From Alphaproteobacteria bacterium (GTDB lineage Bacteria > Pseudomonadota > Alphaproteobacteria > UBA7985 > JAUIBT01): 64,000 bases of DNA. The notes below the pieces were generated by a model. That model worked only from the letters and a program-made list of their open reading frames with translations. It ran no database searches and had not been told where the DNA came from. Both the position numbers and the translations under genes were made by a program. Below, one piece after another: positions 19,228 to 28,952 of this stretch. The DNA lies in the NCBI GenBank assembly GCA_030428565.1, contig JAUIDR010000009.1:9986-73985 (forward strand), in the 5' to 3' direction. Position 1 is the stretch's first letter. Every line of letters starts with the position of its first letter.

Positions 19228-21491
19228 GCATGATGTTGGACCAAGAAACCCTTATCCAAGCCGCGCGCGCTGAACGCTCGCAGATTGCCTTCGAGCTGGT
19301 GTCGGATTACAAGCCCGCCGGCGACCAACCCACCGCCATCGACGAGCTGGTGAGCGGCCTGCGCGAAGGCGAACGCGATCAAGTGCTGTTGGGGGTTACG
19401 GGCTCCGGCAAGACCTTCACCATGGCCCATGTGGTGCAGACCCTCAATCGGCCGACCATCGTGCTCGCGCCCAACAAGACCTTGGCCGCCCAGCTCTATG
19501 GTGAAATGAAGTCCTTCTTCCCAAATAACGCGGTCGAATACTTCGTCTCCTATTACGACTACTACCAGCCTGAAGCTTATGTGCCGCGCTCGGATACCTA
19601 TGTTGAAAAGGAATCCTCAATCAACGAGCAGATCGACCGCATGCGCCACGCGGCCACCCGGGCCCTGTTCGAGCGCGAAGACGTGGTGATTGTGGCCTCG
19701 GTGTCTTGTATCTACGGCATGGGCTCGCCCGAGACCTACGTCGGCATGACCCTGCCCCTGGAAACCGGTGAGACGCTGGACCAGCGCGAGCTGCTGCGCC
19801 GCTTGGTCGAACTGCAATACAAGCGCAATGACGTTGCCTTCGGGCGCGGCACCTTTCGCGTGCGCGGCGATACCGTCGAAATCTACCCCTCGCACGCCGA
19901 GGACGCGGCCTGGCGCATCTCTATGTTCGGCGACGAGATCGAAGCCATCTATGAATTCGATCCGCTGACCGGCGAGCGCGGCCAACCTTTGGAGAAAGTG
20001 CGCCTCTATGCCAACTCGCACTACGTGACGCCCAAGCCCACGATTTTGCAGGCCATCAAGCAAATCAAGGTGGACCTAAAGCGCCGCTTGGAGGAGCTGG
20101 AAGCAGCGGGAAAATTGCTTGAAGCACAGCGCCTGCAACAACGCACCAGCTTTGACATCGAAATGCTGGAGGCCACCGGTTCTTGCGCGGGCATTGAGAA
20201 CTATTCGCGCTATCTGACCGGTCGCGCACCCGGCGAGCCACCGCCGACGCTGTTCGAATACATCCCCGACAACGCCCTGCTGATTATCGACGAAAGCCAC
20301 GTCACGGTGCCGCAAATCGGCGCCATGTATAAGGGCGATTCCGCGCGCAAAATGACCTTGGCTGAATACGGCTTCCGCCTGCCGTCTGCGGCCGACAACC
20401 GCCCGCTGAAGTTCGAGGAATGGGAGGCCATGCGCCCCCAAACCGTCCACGTATCCGCCACCCCTGGCAACTGGGAGATGACCGCCACCGGCGGCGCCTT
20501 TACCGAGCAGGTCATTCGCCCGACAGGACTGGTTGACCCTGTGTGCGAGATCCGGCCGACAGAAACGCAGGTGGACGATCTGATCGCCGAAGCGCGCGAC
20601 ATCGCCGAAGCGGGCGGGCGCGTTTTGGTCACCACCTTGACCAAGCGCATGGCAGAGGACTTGACCGAATATCTGGGCGAAGCGGGCCTGAAGGTGCGTT
20701 ATATCCACTCGGACGTGGACACGCTGGAGCGCATTGAAATCATTCGCGATTTACGGCTGGGCGTCTATGACGTTCTGGTCGGCATCAACCTGCTGCGCGA
20801 GGGTCTGGACATCCCGGAATGCCGCTTGGTGGCGATTCTGGACGCCGACAAGGAGGGCTATCTGCGCTCCACAACCTCGCTGATTCAGACCATCGGGCGC
20901 GCCGCGCGTAACGTTGAAGGCCGCGTCATTCTCTATGCTGACCGCACCACCGACAGCATGAAGGCCGCGCTGGAGGAGACCGAGCGCCGCCGTGAAAAAC
21001 AGCTGGCCTACAACGCCGAACATGGCATTACGCCCGAGACCATCAAGAAGGAAATCGGCGACATTTTGGGCTCGGTCTATGAGCGCGATCACGTCACCGT
21101 CGGCACCGGCGATGAAGACCTGCTGCACCTGCAAGGCAAGAGCCTGCGCGATACGCTGGACGAACTGGAAAAGCGCATGCGCGATGCCGCCGCCAATCTG
21201 GAATTCGAGGAAGCCGCGCGGCTACGCGACGAGATCAAGCGCTTGGAAGCCAAGGAGCTGGAGTTGGGCTCACCCGGTGCAGCCGTGCCCGACACCTCGG
21301 GCAAGTCAGCCGGGCGCAACAAGCAGCGCCGTCAGCAAGAGCGCGGCGAAGGGCGCGGGATAGTCGGCAAAGCCAGCGAGAAAACAACTGCTAGCACAGC
21401 ATCAGGCGGGAAGAAGAAAAGCACCAAAGCCGAGGCCATCAACCCCTTGGAGAAGGTCGTCGGCCCCATCAAGCGCAAATCCCGGCGCTAG
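19224..21491 (+). CDS. uvrB: excinuclease ABC subunit B (UvrB)
   Basis: Contains PAGDQPTAI, the Walker [12 protein letters not shown], helicase motifs and a C-terminal UvrB/UvrC interaction region. The true start may be the ATG at 19230 or 19233, not the GTG at 19224. Confidence 0.93.
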   Translation: MRMMLDQETLIQAARAERSQIAFELVSDYKPAGDQPTAIDELVSGLREGERDQVLLGVTGSGKTFTMAHVVQTLNRPTIVLAPNKTLAAQLYGEMKSFFPNNAVEYFVSYYDYYQPEAYVPRSDTYVEKESSINEQIDRMRHAATRALFEREDVVIVASVSCIYGMGSPETYVGMTLPLETGETLDQRELLRRLVELQYKRNDVAFGRGTFRVRGDTVEIYPSHAEDAAWRISMFGDEIEAIYEFDPLTGERGQPLEKVRLYANSHYVTPKPTILQAIKQIKVDLKRRLEELEAAGKLLEAQRLQQRTSFDIEMLEATGSCAGIENYSRYLTGRAPGEPPPTLFEYIPDNALLIIDESHVTVPQIGAMYKGDSARKMTLAEYGFRLPSAADNRPLKFEEWEAMRPQTVHVSATPGNWEMTATGGAFTEQVIRPTGLVDPVCEIRPTETQVDDLIAEARDIAEAGGRVLVTTLTKRMAEDLTEYLGEAGLKVRYIHSDVDTLERIEIIRDLRLGVYDVLVGINLLREGLDIPECRLVAILDADKEGYLRSTTSLIQTIGRAARNVEGRVILYADRTTDSMKAALEETERRREKQLAYNAEHGITPETIKKEIGDILGSVYERDHVTVGTGDEDLLHLQGKSLRDTLDELEKRMRDAAANLEFEEAARLRDEIKRLEAKELELGSPGAAVPDTSGKSAGRNKQRRQQERGEGRGIVGKASEKTTASTASGGKKKSTKAEAINPLEKVVGPIKRKSRR

Positions 21492-21594
21492 CGCAAGCCG
21501 CGAACGAGTGGCAATACGAGTGCGCATGGACTTGCGTTAGACATCAGTCATCTAGAGCAGATGGGCTGTTGCTAATCCCCAGCGCCCAACGCTC
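21488..21594 (+). repeat. 105-110-bp intergenic hairpin repeat, copy C
   Basis: It begins with GCTAGCGCAAGCC, and the uvrB TAG stop codon lies inside the repeat start. Confidence 0.8.
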
Positions 21595-21705
21595 CAACAA
21601 AAGCCAGCACTGAGGGTTGTGCTGACGCTGTGCTATATCTGCCGCCGCCCTTAGGGGCCAGCGCGCCTTAGGTCCAGATGTGTGACCGACGCGACGCCTA
21701 AGGGT

Positions 21706-23037
21706 CTACCCAATCACCGAGAAGCTGGAGTTCTCGTTGATCTCGCGGTTGCGCGAAAAGGCGCCCAGGGAAATGTCGGTGTCGATATGTTCCAGGTGGA
21801 AGCTAAGCGGTTCAGCGTCGTGATCGTGACCCGCCTCGCAAGCCTCGACCAGGGCCGCCATGATCTTTCCAGCCACCGGCGCGTTTTTGTACTGGTTGCC
21901 GCTGGTGCCCACGGCCATATAGAAGCCCGGCAGGTCCGACTTATCATAGATCGGCATCCAATCGTCCGACACGTCATACAGCGCCACAACACCCTTGGCT
22001 TGCTCGGGAATGCCCAGCTCCGGCAGGCGCTGCGCCATGCGCATGACCAAAATCTTCCACTGGTCCGAAAAGTTGGCATCAAAGTGGTCGGGATCCTCGA
22101 CCCATTCTTTTGGATCACAGGCCGGATCTTCAGAGCCCAACAGCATGTGATTGCCGACCTCGGGGCGCGCGTAGGTGGCGATATCTGAGTCCGAATAGAC
22201 CAGCCCATCGCGCTCAAAATTGACGCCCGGGGGCGCGGGTACGTGGGCCACTTCGTGACGAAGCGCCTTGGTCTTGATGTTCATCGCCTGCTCGACGCCT
22301 GCCATCTTGTTGATAACAAAGGAGTGCGGCCCGCCAACGTTGACCACCACCGGCGCATCAATTTGCTGTCCGTCCTTTAGTGTTACGCCGCAAACGCGGC
22401 CGTCGGCCTGGCGAATTGCGCTCACCTCGGACTTGAACAAGAATTCGGCCCCGGCTTGCTCGGCTGCTTTTTGCACGTTTTGCGCCGACAACTTGGGGTC
22501 GGAGACATAGCCGCCGCGCGGAAAGAAGACCGCGCCGTCCACCGCAGGGCCTGTCGGTTCGCCAAAGGCTTCATCATCGGGCCGCTTGGCGGGCTCAAAG
22601 CGATGCGTATCGGCGCCCGGCAGGCGCTTGGGAATGTCTGCAACGGCCACTTCCTCATAGGGGCAGCCGATGGCATCCATGGTCTCACAGACAACCGACA
22701 GGTTCTTGTTGTGCGGGGTCTTGATCACCAGGCAGCCGGTATCGTGGTAGGTGATGAGATCATCGCAGACACCGGCGCCGATGTAGCCCTGCCAATCCTT
22801 CCAGTAGTGCCAGCCTTCATAGGCCAGCGCGCAGGTTTCAAAAGCCGAATAGTAGGTGCGGATGATAGCACAGGAACCCGACGTCGAGCCGTGACCAGCC
22901 TCAGGAAGCTTGTCGATCGACAGCGTTTTAAAGCCTTTCTTGGCCAGCTCGTAAGCGGTACAAGCCCCGATGACACCCGCACCAATGATGATGGCGTCAT
23001 AGCTCTGGCGTGATGGGCTGGAGGTAGGGCTGGGCAT
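21706..23037 (-). CDS. FAD-dependent oxidoreductase, DAO family (glycine/D-amino-acid/sarcosine oxidase-like)
   Basis: Contains the dinucleotide-binding motif YDAIIIGAGVIGACTAYELAKKG. The start was chosen at MPSPTSS (23037), not 23112. Confidence 0.75.
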   Translation of the reverse strand: MPSPTSSPSRQSYDAIIIGAGVIGACTAYELAKKGFKTLSIDKLPEAGHGSTSGSCAIIRTYYSAFETCALAYEGWHYWKDWQGYIGAGVCDDLITYHDTGCLVIKTPHNKNLSVVCETMDAIGCPYEEVAVADIPKRLPGADTHRFEPAKRPDDEAFGEPTGPAVDGAVFFPRGGYVSDPKLSAQNVQKAAEQAGAEFLFKSEVSAIRQADGRVCGVTLKDGQQIDAPVVVNVGGPHSFVINKMAGVEQAMNIKTKALRHEVAHVPAPPGVNFERDGLVYSDSDIATYARPEVGNHMLLGSEDPACDPKEWVEDPDHFDANFSDQWKILVMRMAQRLPELGIPEQAKGVVALYDVSDDWMPIYDKSDLPGFYMAVGTSGNQYKNAPVAGKIMAALVEACEAGHDHDAEPLSFHLEHIDTDISLGAFSRNREINENSSFSVIG

Positions 23038-23307
23038 GGCGTTTCCTCTTGCATTTGCAGGTAAGCTCTGGCGTTTGAGAGACACTTCGCGCCAGGCTAC
23101 AATTGTTTGCAATCTTGCCTACTGCGCCCGCGGCGGCCTGCCAAGCCCAAAGCCGACATAAAGCAACGTCATCAAGAAATGGGCCCAGCATTTGACGGCT
23201 TTGGAGTCCGCATATCGAAAAAGTTCGCGCAAAGTCCGGCCAAGGCGCATAGTTAGGCATGCGACTCGCGCCTGCTGCCCTTTACCTCAACCCGTTGGAA
23301 CCGTGCC

Positions 23308-24597
23308 ATGAGCCAGACCCTTATCCGCGGACGCCTGCTGACCTTCCTTGAAGAGCCGCACGGCCCTGAAGACACGCAAGCCTATCGCTATTTGGACGAT
23401 GGCGGGCTATTGGTCGAGGATGGCGTGATCCGGGCCGTTGACGATTACGCGCAGGTCAAGCAGACCGCCCCTAGCGCACAGGAAATCGACCACCGCCCGC
23501 ACCTGATCCTGCCGGGCTTTATCGATACGCACCTGCATTTCCCGCAAGTCCAGGTCATCGCCTCTTGGGGGGCACAGCTTCTAGATTGGCTCAACACCTA
23601 CACCTTCCCTGAAGAGACGCGCTACGGCGACATCCAGCACGCGGCGCGCATGGCGAGCGCCTTTTTTGATGCCCTGACGGCCAACGGCACCACGACGGCG
23701 GTCGCCTATTGTTCGGTGCATGCCAGCTCTGCCGAAGCCTTTTTTGCCGAGGCCGAGCGGCGCAACTTGCGTATGATTGGCGGTAAGGTCATGATGGACC
23801 GCAACGCCCCAGACGGGCTGCGCGATACCCCTCAGAGCGGCTATGACGACAGCAAGGCCTTGATAGAACGCTGGCATGGCCGAGGCCGGGGCCTCTATGC
23901 CATCTCGCCCCGCTTTGCCATCACCTCAACGCCCGAGCAGCTGGAAGCCGCTGGCGCTTTGGTGGCCGAACACCCTGACTGCTACATGCAGACCCACCTT
24001 TCCGAGAACATGGACGAGATCGCCTTTACCGCCGAACTCTTCCCCGAAGCGCGCGACTACCTGGATGTCTACGAGCGTTTTGGGCTGCTGTCGGACAAGG
24101 CCTTGCTGGGTCATGCCATCCATCTAAAACCGCGCGAGATTGACGCTCTGGTCGAGCACGACGCACGGCCTGTCTTTTGTCCAACCTCGAACCTCTTCTT
24201 GGGCAGCGGCCTGTTCGATCACCAGGGCCTGCAAGCGCGCGGTCTGACCAATGCGATCGCCACCGACGTTGGCGGCGGCACCTCTTTTTCCATGCTGCAA
24301 ACCCTGAACGAGGGCTACAAGATTTTGCAGCTGCGCAATCAACGTCTGCACCCGCTAGCGGCCTTCTATTGGATCACACGCGGCAACGCTAAAGCGCTGG
24401 GACTTGAGGCCAGCATCGGCAGTCTGGAGCCGGGCGTAGAGGCCGATTTTGTGGTGCTGGACGCCCATGCGACGCCTTCTATGGCGCTGCGCAGCGAACG
24501 CGCCGAGACCCTGAGCGAGGAGCTGTTCATCCTGCAAATCATGGGAGACGACCGCGCCGTGCATCAGACCTATGTCGCGGGCCAGCCGCAGAAATAG
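23308..24597 (+). CDS. guaD: guanine deaminase
   Basis: It is collinear with E. coli GuaD: PGFIDTHLHFPQ, GGKVMMDRNAPD, FCPTSNLFLGSGLF, MLQTLNEGYKILQL and GDDRAVHQTYVAG. Confidence 0.9.
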   Translation: MSQTLIRGRLLTFLEEPHGPEDTQAYRYLDDGGLLVEDGVIRAVDDYAQVKQTAPSAQEIDHRPHLILPGFIDTHLHFPQVQVIASWGAQLLDWLNTYTFPEETRYGDIQHAARMASAFFDALTANGTTTAVAYCSVHASSAEAFFAEAERRNLRMIGGKVMMDRNAPDGLRDTPQSGYDDSKALIERWHGRGRGLYAISPRFAITSTPEQLEAAGALVAEHPDCYMQTHLSENMDEIAFTAELFPEARDYLDVYERFGLLSDKALLGHAIHLKPREIDALVEHDARPVFCPTSNLFLGSGLFDHQGLQARGLTNAIATDVGGGTSFSMLQTLNEGYKILQLRNQRLHPLAAFYWITRGNAKALGLEASIGSLEPGVEADFVVLDAHATPSMALRSERAETLSEELFILQIMGDDRAVHQTYVAGQPQK

Positions 24598-24608
24598 CGG
24601 GCAAGGTC

Positions 24609-24713
24609 TCTAGCGCGTCGGGCGCTGGTATTGCAACAACCCATCCGCTCTAGCTGATTGATCTCTAACGCAAGTCCATGCTCGCTCGTCTTGCCACTCG
24701 TTCGCGGTTTGCG
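24609..24713 (-). repeat. 105-110-bp intergenic hairpin repeat, copy D (inverted orientation)
   Basis: Highly similar to copy A (the 501-608 feature above). Confidence 0.8.
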
Positions 24714-24791
24714 CTAGGCCATTCTTGGCTTGCAAGGCGCATCAGCGATCAGGCCAGCAAACAAGCCAACCCTCACGTCAGCGGTTTGCAG

Positions 24792-26405
24792 CTAAGCCGA
24801 GGCGATGCCGCGCACCAAATCCGCGCCCTTTTCGGCAATCATGATGGTGGCAGCATTGGTATTGGCGCTGGGCAGCGAGGGCATAACCGAAGCATCGCAG
24901 ACCCGTAGACCCGCCATGCCCCGCAAGCTGAGATCGGGCGCAACGACCGCCTCATCACCCTGCCCCATGCGACAGGTGCCAACCGGGTGGTGATCGGTCT
25001 TGGCCAAGCGGCAAGCATAATCGATCAGCTCGGCCTGGCTCTTGACCTTGGGGCCCGGCAGGACTTCAGCGCGCACGAAGGGCTTCAGCGCCGGTTGGCT
25101 CAGAATTTCGCGCGCCATTTCTAGCCCGCGCAAGGACATGTCGCGGTCGTGCGGATCGGCCCAATAGTTGGGATCAATCAAGGGGGCCGCTCTGGGATCG
25201 CTCGAGCCCAATCGCACAGAACCGCGCGAGCGTGGCCGCAGATAGGCCGAATTCAGCGTCAAGCCCCAGCCGTTGATCTTCACGATGCCCTTTTCGATGC
25301 CCGAACCTTGCCCCAGATGGAACTGGATATCGGGCGCGCTCGCTTTGGGGTCGGCGGTGGCAAAGCCGCCGGTTTCAAACAAAGAGGCCGTGACCGGTCC
25401 CGTCTTGGTCAACAGGTATTGCAGACCTGCCAATGCGCTCTTGTCCCAACGATCATAGCCGTCATAGCTATAGGGTCCGCTGCACTCAAAGATGGTGCAA
25501 AGGTCCAGGTGGTCTTGCAAATTGCGGCCCACGCCGGGCAGGTCGTGTCGCACGGGGATATTGAGCGCCGATAGCTCATCGCCGGGCCCTATGCCCGATA
25601 AAAGCAGCAACCGCGGCGAGCCGATCGCGCCCGCGGCCAAAATCACCTCGCGCTCAGCAAACAAGCTCTCTTCTTCGCGGCCGACCAATTTGACGCCGGT
25701 GACGCGTGGCCCGTCAGCGCCAGGGGTCTCGACCAGCAACCGCGCCACTTCGACGCCCGTTCTTACGGTCAGATTGGCGCGTCCTCTTGCTGGCCGCAAA
25801 AAGGCCGTAGCGGTCGAGGAACGGCGGGCATCACGCTGGGTGAGCTGGTAATAGCCGACGCCTTCTTGGCTGGCGCCGTTGAAATCGGGGTTATAGGGCA
25901 GGCCCCATTCTTGCCCCGCCCGGATAAAGGCGTCACAGATCGGCAGGGCCCCGCGCGGCATGGAGACCCCCAAGGGGCCATAGCTGCTGTGGTAGTCATC
26001 TTCGAAGCGCTCGTTGCCTTCCGAGCGTTTGAAATAGGGCAGAACCGCCCGATAGGACCAAGCCTCGTCGCCCGCCTCTTGAGCCCAACGGTCGAAGTCC
26101 TGGCGGTGGCCTCGGTTATAGAGCTGAGCATTGATCGACGAGCCGCCGCCGATCACCTTGGCCTGTGTGAACCAGAGCTGGCGGTCTTGCATGTGCTGTT
26201 GCGGTACCGTGGACCAGCCCCAAGAGGCGCGGCCCTTGGTCATGCGCGCAAAACCGGCCGGCCAATGGAACAGCAGGTTGTTGTCCTTACCGCCCGCTTC
26301 CAACAGCAAGACCCGACATTGTGGGTCTTCGCTCAACCGATTGGCCAAGACACAGCCCGCCGAGCCGCCGCCTACAATGATGATATCATAGCCCGACTTT
26401 GCCAT
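24792..26405 (-). CDS. GMC-family FAD oxidoreductase (choline dehydrogenase BetA-like)
   Basis: Contains YDIIIVGGGSAGCVLANRLSE and C-terminal GMC signature regions. It is 537 aa. Confidence 0.85.
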   Translation of the reverse strand: MAKSGYDIIIVGGGSAGCVLANRLSEDPQCRVLLLEAGGKDNNLLFHWPAGFARMTKGRASWGWSTVPQQHMQDRQLWFTQAKVIGGGSSINAQLYNRGHRQDFDRWAQEAGDEAWSYRAVLPYFKRSEGNERFEDDYHSSYGPLGVSMPRGALPICDAFIRAGQEWGLPYNPDFNGASQEGVGYYQLTQRDARRSSTATAFLRPARGRANLTVRTGVEVARLLVETPGADGPRVTGVKLVGREEESLFAEREVILAAGAIGSPRLLLLSGIGPGDELSALNIPVRHDLPGVGRNLQDHLDLCTIFECSGPYSYDGYDRWDKSALAGLQYLLTKTGPVTASLFETGGFATADPKASAPDIQFHLGQGSGIEKGIVKINGWGLTLNSAYLRPRSRGSVRLGSSDPRAAPLIDPNYWADPHDRDMSLRGLEMAREILSQPALKPFVRAEVLPGPKVKSQAELIDYACRLAKTDHHPVGTCRMGQGDEAVVAPDLSLRGMAGLRVCDASVMPSLPSANTNAATIMIAEKGADLVRGIASA

Positions 26406-26557
26406 GGTTCACCCCACCTTTCGCGCCACTTAGTAACCCTCTAGATACTTCATTAGCGCAAGTTTTAGACCGTGCAAAGCAAAAGCCAGATTCCCACCAA
26501 CAGCGCGGCCCGCACTCGAAGCCAGGCCGCAACCGAGGCCTGCGCGCCAGTATGCCT

Positions 26558-27205
26558 CTATCCGTCTTGTTCGATTTGCTCGGGCGTCATGCCTTCGTGG
26601 GGATCGCGCAGCAGTTCTTCGGCGTCCAGAACCGGGGCATCAGCAAGATAAGCTTCCTCACCCGGCACGCGATAGAGCCCAACCGAGCTGGCTTGCAGGC
26701 GATAGCCGCTCTCCGCCAAATCACTCTTGGCGGTCTCAACGTGCAAAGTGCCGGTGACCTGGATCGGCACGAACAGATCGCGCATCGGAACCGGAGGGTT
26801 CGCTTCGACAAAGATGGTCTGGTTGACCGGCGGCGGCGGTTGGTGCACGCACTGGCCCGCGTTGGGTACCAGCAAAAAGCGACGCACCTGGGTGCCGTCG
26901 TAGTCCAACGGCACCATATAGCCCGGCAGCCCAAAACTCTGCTGATTGAGTTCCGGGCGCGTGCGGCGATCACTAGCGTCGACCTTGGCCATAAAGTCGG
27001 GATCGGCCAGCATATCTTCGGTGACAATATCGGGAACCCAGGCAAAGGCATCGGCGGGCACCAACTCTTCCCAGGTATTGAGCACCACTTCGGCGGGGCG
27101 CGATGATGACCAGGTGTCCCCGTCGGACTGCGCCAGCCAGACAATGCCCCCCAACGCCACCATTGAGGCCAGACCCAATGTTACAAAAACTGGAATAAGG
27201 CGCAT
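26558..27205 (-). CDS. DUF3299-family protein, N-terminal signal/anchor
   Basis: It has the hydrophobic N-terminus MRLIPVFVTLGLASMVALGGIVWLA. The remainder resembles DUF3299. The start was chosen at ATG 27205. Confidence 0.55.
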   Translation of the reverse strand: MRLIPVFVTLGLASMVALGGIVWLAQSDGDTWSSSRPAEVVLNTWEELVPADAFAWVPDIVTEDMLADPDFMAKVDASDRRTRPELNQQSFGLPGYMVPLDYDGTQVRRFLLVPNAGQCVHQPPPPVNQTIFVEANPPVPMRDLFVPIQVTGTLHVETAKSDLAESGYRLQASSVGLYRVPGEEAYLADAPVLDAEELLRDPHEGMTPEQIEQDG

Positions 27206-27521
27206 GTCGAAATACCTTTCCAAGCGCAAGCCGTGAGCTAGGATTAGCGCGTGCCCCCAACACCCATACTGCATCAGGCCGCCCCTGAATTCAGCGTTTG
27301 GAATGCGCAACCAAGACAGCGGACGCTAGCCAAGACCTGCGGCAATATCTGGGCAATGCTCCTGCAAATTTCGCTCTTCGGCCCTTAGAATATTGAGGTC
27401 GATTTTCGAGCGCGAACTTTTTTGGCCCTTTGGCGGGCTTAAGGCCGCGTGTCTTGCTTGCGTAGTTGTACGCATACGTGGGTAGTTTCCCGAGCTAGAC
27501 CATTCCTTCATTTCTAATTAG

Positions 27522-27533
27522 TTAATATATTAA
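27522..27533. promoter_or_regulatory. 12-bp perfect palindrome TTAATATATTAA in an AT-rich promoter region
   Basis: It lies about 55 bp upstream of the ATG of the ACAD-fold gene, inside a local AT-rich stretch. Confidence 0.3.
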
Positions 27534-27588
27534 GTAATTTGCTTGTACTCTTAAAATCACCGCCTGCGACCAGGAAGGAAACTCCGCC

Positions 27589-28854
27589 ATGACCGCTGCT
27601 CTTGCCACCACCACCCTGGGTGCCGCCCCTCTAGGTGCCGCCAACGATTTTGGCTCAGATCTCAGCGACCCGATCCGTTTGGCCCGCAAGCCCGCCAACC
27701 CCATGCTCGACAAGCTGAACGGCATCTTGCCCCAGATCGCCGCCAACGCGGGCCTGGCCGAAGAACTGCGCAAAGTGCCACCCGAAAACATCGCACTATT
27801 GAAGAGCATCGGTCTACACAAAGCCTTTTTGCCGAAGGCCTACGGCGGCCTGGAAATGCAGCTGCCTGAGTTTGCCGACTGTATCGCCGCGCTGGCGGGT
27901 GCTTGCTGCAGCACGGCCTGGGCCTTTAGCCTGCTCTGCACCCACAACCACCAGCTCGCCATGTTCTCAAAGCAGATGCAAGACGACGTTTGGGGCCAAG
28001 ATCCCGACGCGACCGCGGCCAGCTCAATCGCCCCCTTTGGCCGCTATCAAGAGGCCGAAGGCGGCATCATTTTCAACGGCGACATGCGTTGGTCCAGCGG
28101 CTGCGATCACGCCGAATGGGCCATCTGTGGCTTCCTGCGCGACAATGGCCAGGGCGGAAAAGACTACTGCTTTGCGGTCATTCCGGCCAGCGACTATGAG
28201 ATCATCGACGACTGGCACGCTATGTCTATGAAGGGCTCCGGCACCAAGACCCTGCACATCGTCGATGCCTTCGTACCCGAACATCGCATTGAGAAAGCCA
28301 AGGCCATGATGACCGGCCAATCGTCGGGATTTGGTCTCTACCCCGACAGCAAAATTTTCTCGACCCCGTACCGCCCTTACTTTGCCAGCGGCTTTGCGGC
28401 CATGGGCTTGGGCGTGGCCGAGCGCATGCTTGAGGTCTTCCGCCAAGTCACCAAGGGCCGCGTGCGCGCCTACACCGGGGCCGATGTCAGCGGAGCCACC
28501 CCCGCCTTGATGCGCCTGGCCGAGTCCACCCATCAAGTCGCGGCCGCACGGGCCTTCTTGGAACAGACTTGGGAGCAGCACCGCGAACACGGCGAGCGCA
28601 AAGAATACCCCGATACCCGCACCCTGACCTACTGGCGCACCAATCAGGCCTACGCGGTCAAGATGTGCATTCAGGCCGTAGACCGCCTGTTCGACGCCAT
28701 CGGCGCCAGCAACTGGTATCTGGATAAGGAAGCCCAGCGCATCTTCCGGGATTCGCACATGACCGGCGCGCACGCCTACACCGACTATGATGTCTGTGCG
28801 CAAATCCTGGGCCGCGAGATCATGGGCCTTGAGCCCGACCCCAGCCTGCTCTAG
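27589..28854 (+). CDS. acyl-CoA dehydrogenase-fold protein, probably a two-component flavin-dependent monooxygenase (HsaA/C2/DszC-like)
   Basis: It has the ACAD N-, middle and C-domain architecture without an acyl-CoA dehydrogenase catalytic Glu context. It is 421 aa. Confidence 0.55.
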   Translation: MTAALATTTLGAAPLGAANDFGSDLSDPIRLARKPANPMLDKLNGILPQIAANAGLAEELRKVPPENIALLKSIGLHKAFLPKAYGGLEMQLPEFADCIAALAGACCSTAWAFSLLCTHNHQLAMFSKQMQDDVWGQDPDATAASSIAPFGRYQEAEGGIIFNGDMRWSSGCDHAEWAICGFLRDNGQGGKDYCFAVIPASDYEIIDDWHAMSMKGSGTKTLHIVDAFVPEHRIEKAKAMMTGQSSGFGLYPDSKIFSTPYRPYFASGFAAMGLGVAERMLEVFRQVTKGRVRAYTGADVSGATPALMRLAESTHQVAAARAFLEQTWEQHREHGERKEYPDTRTLTYWRTNQAYAVKMCIQAVDRLFDAIGASNWYLDKEAQRIFRDSHMTGAHAYTDYDVCAQILGREIMGLEPDPSLL

Positions 28855-28952
28855 CAGCGCCGCGTCCGCCTCTCCAGTGTCAGAACAAAAAACAGCCACT
28901 GCGGCAAAGCGGTGGCTGTTTTGCTGTGTGGATTAGGCTGCGGTTGCCGCGC

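Noticed and set aside
23113-23307. Purine riboswitch upstream of guanine deaminase
   Set aside because: The conserved purine-riboswitch core was not found in the leader, and no riboswitch-like three-way junction is evident.
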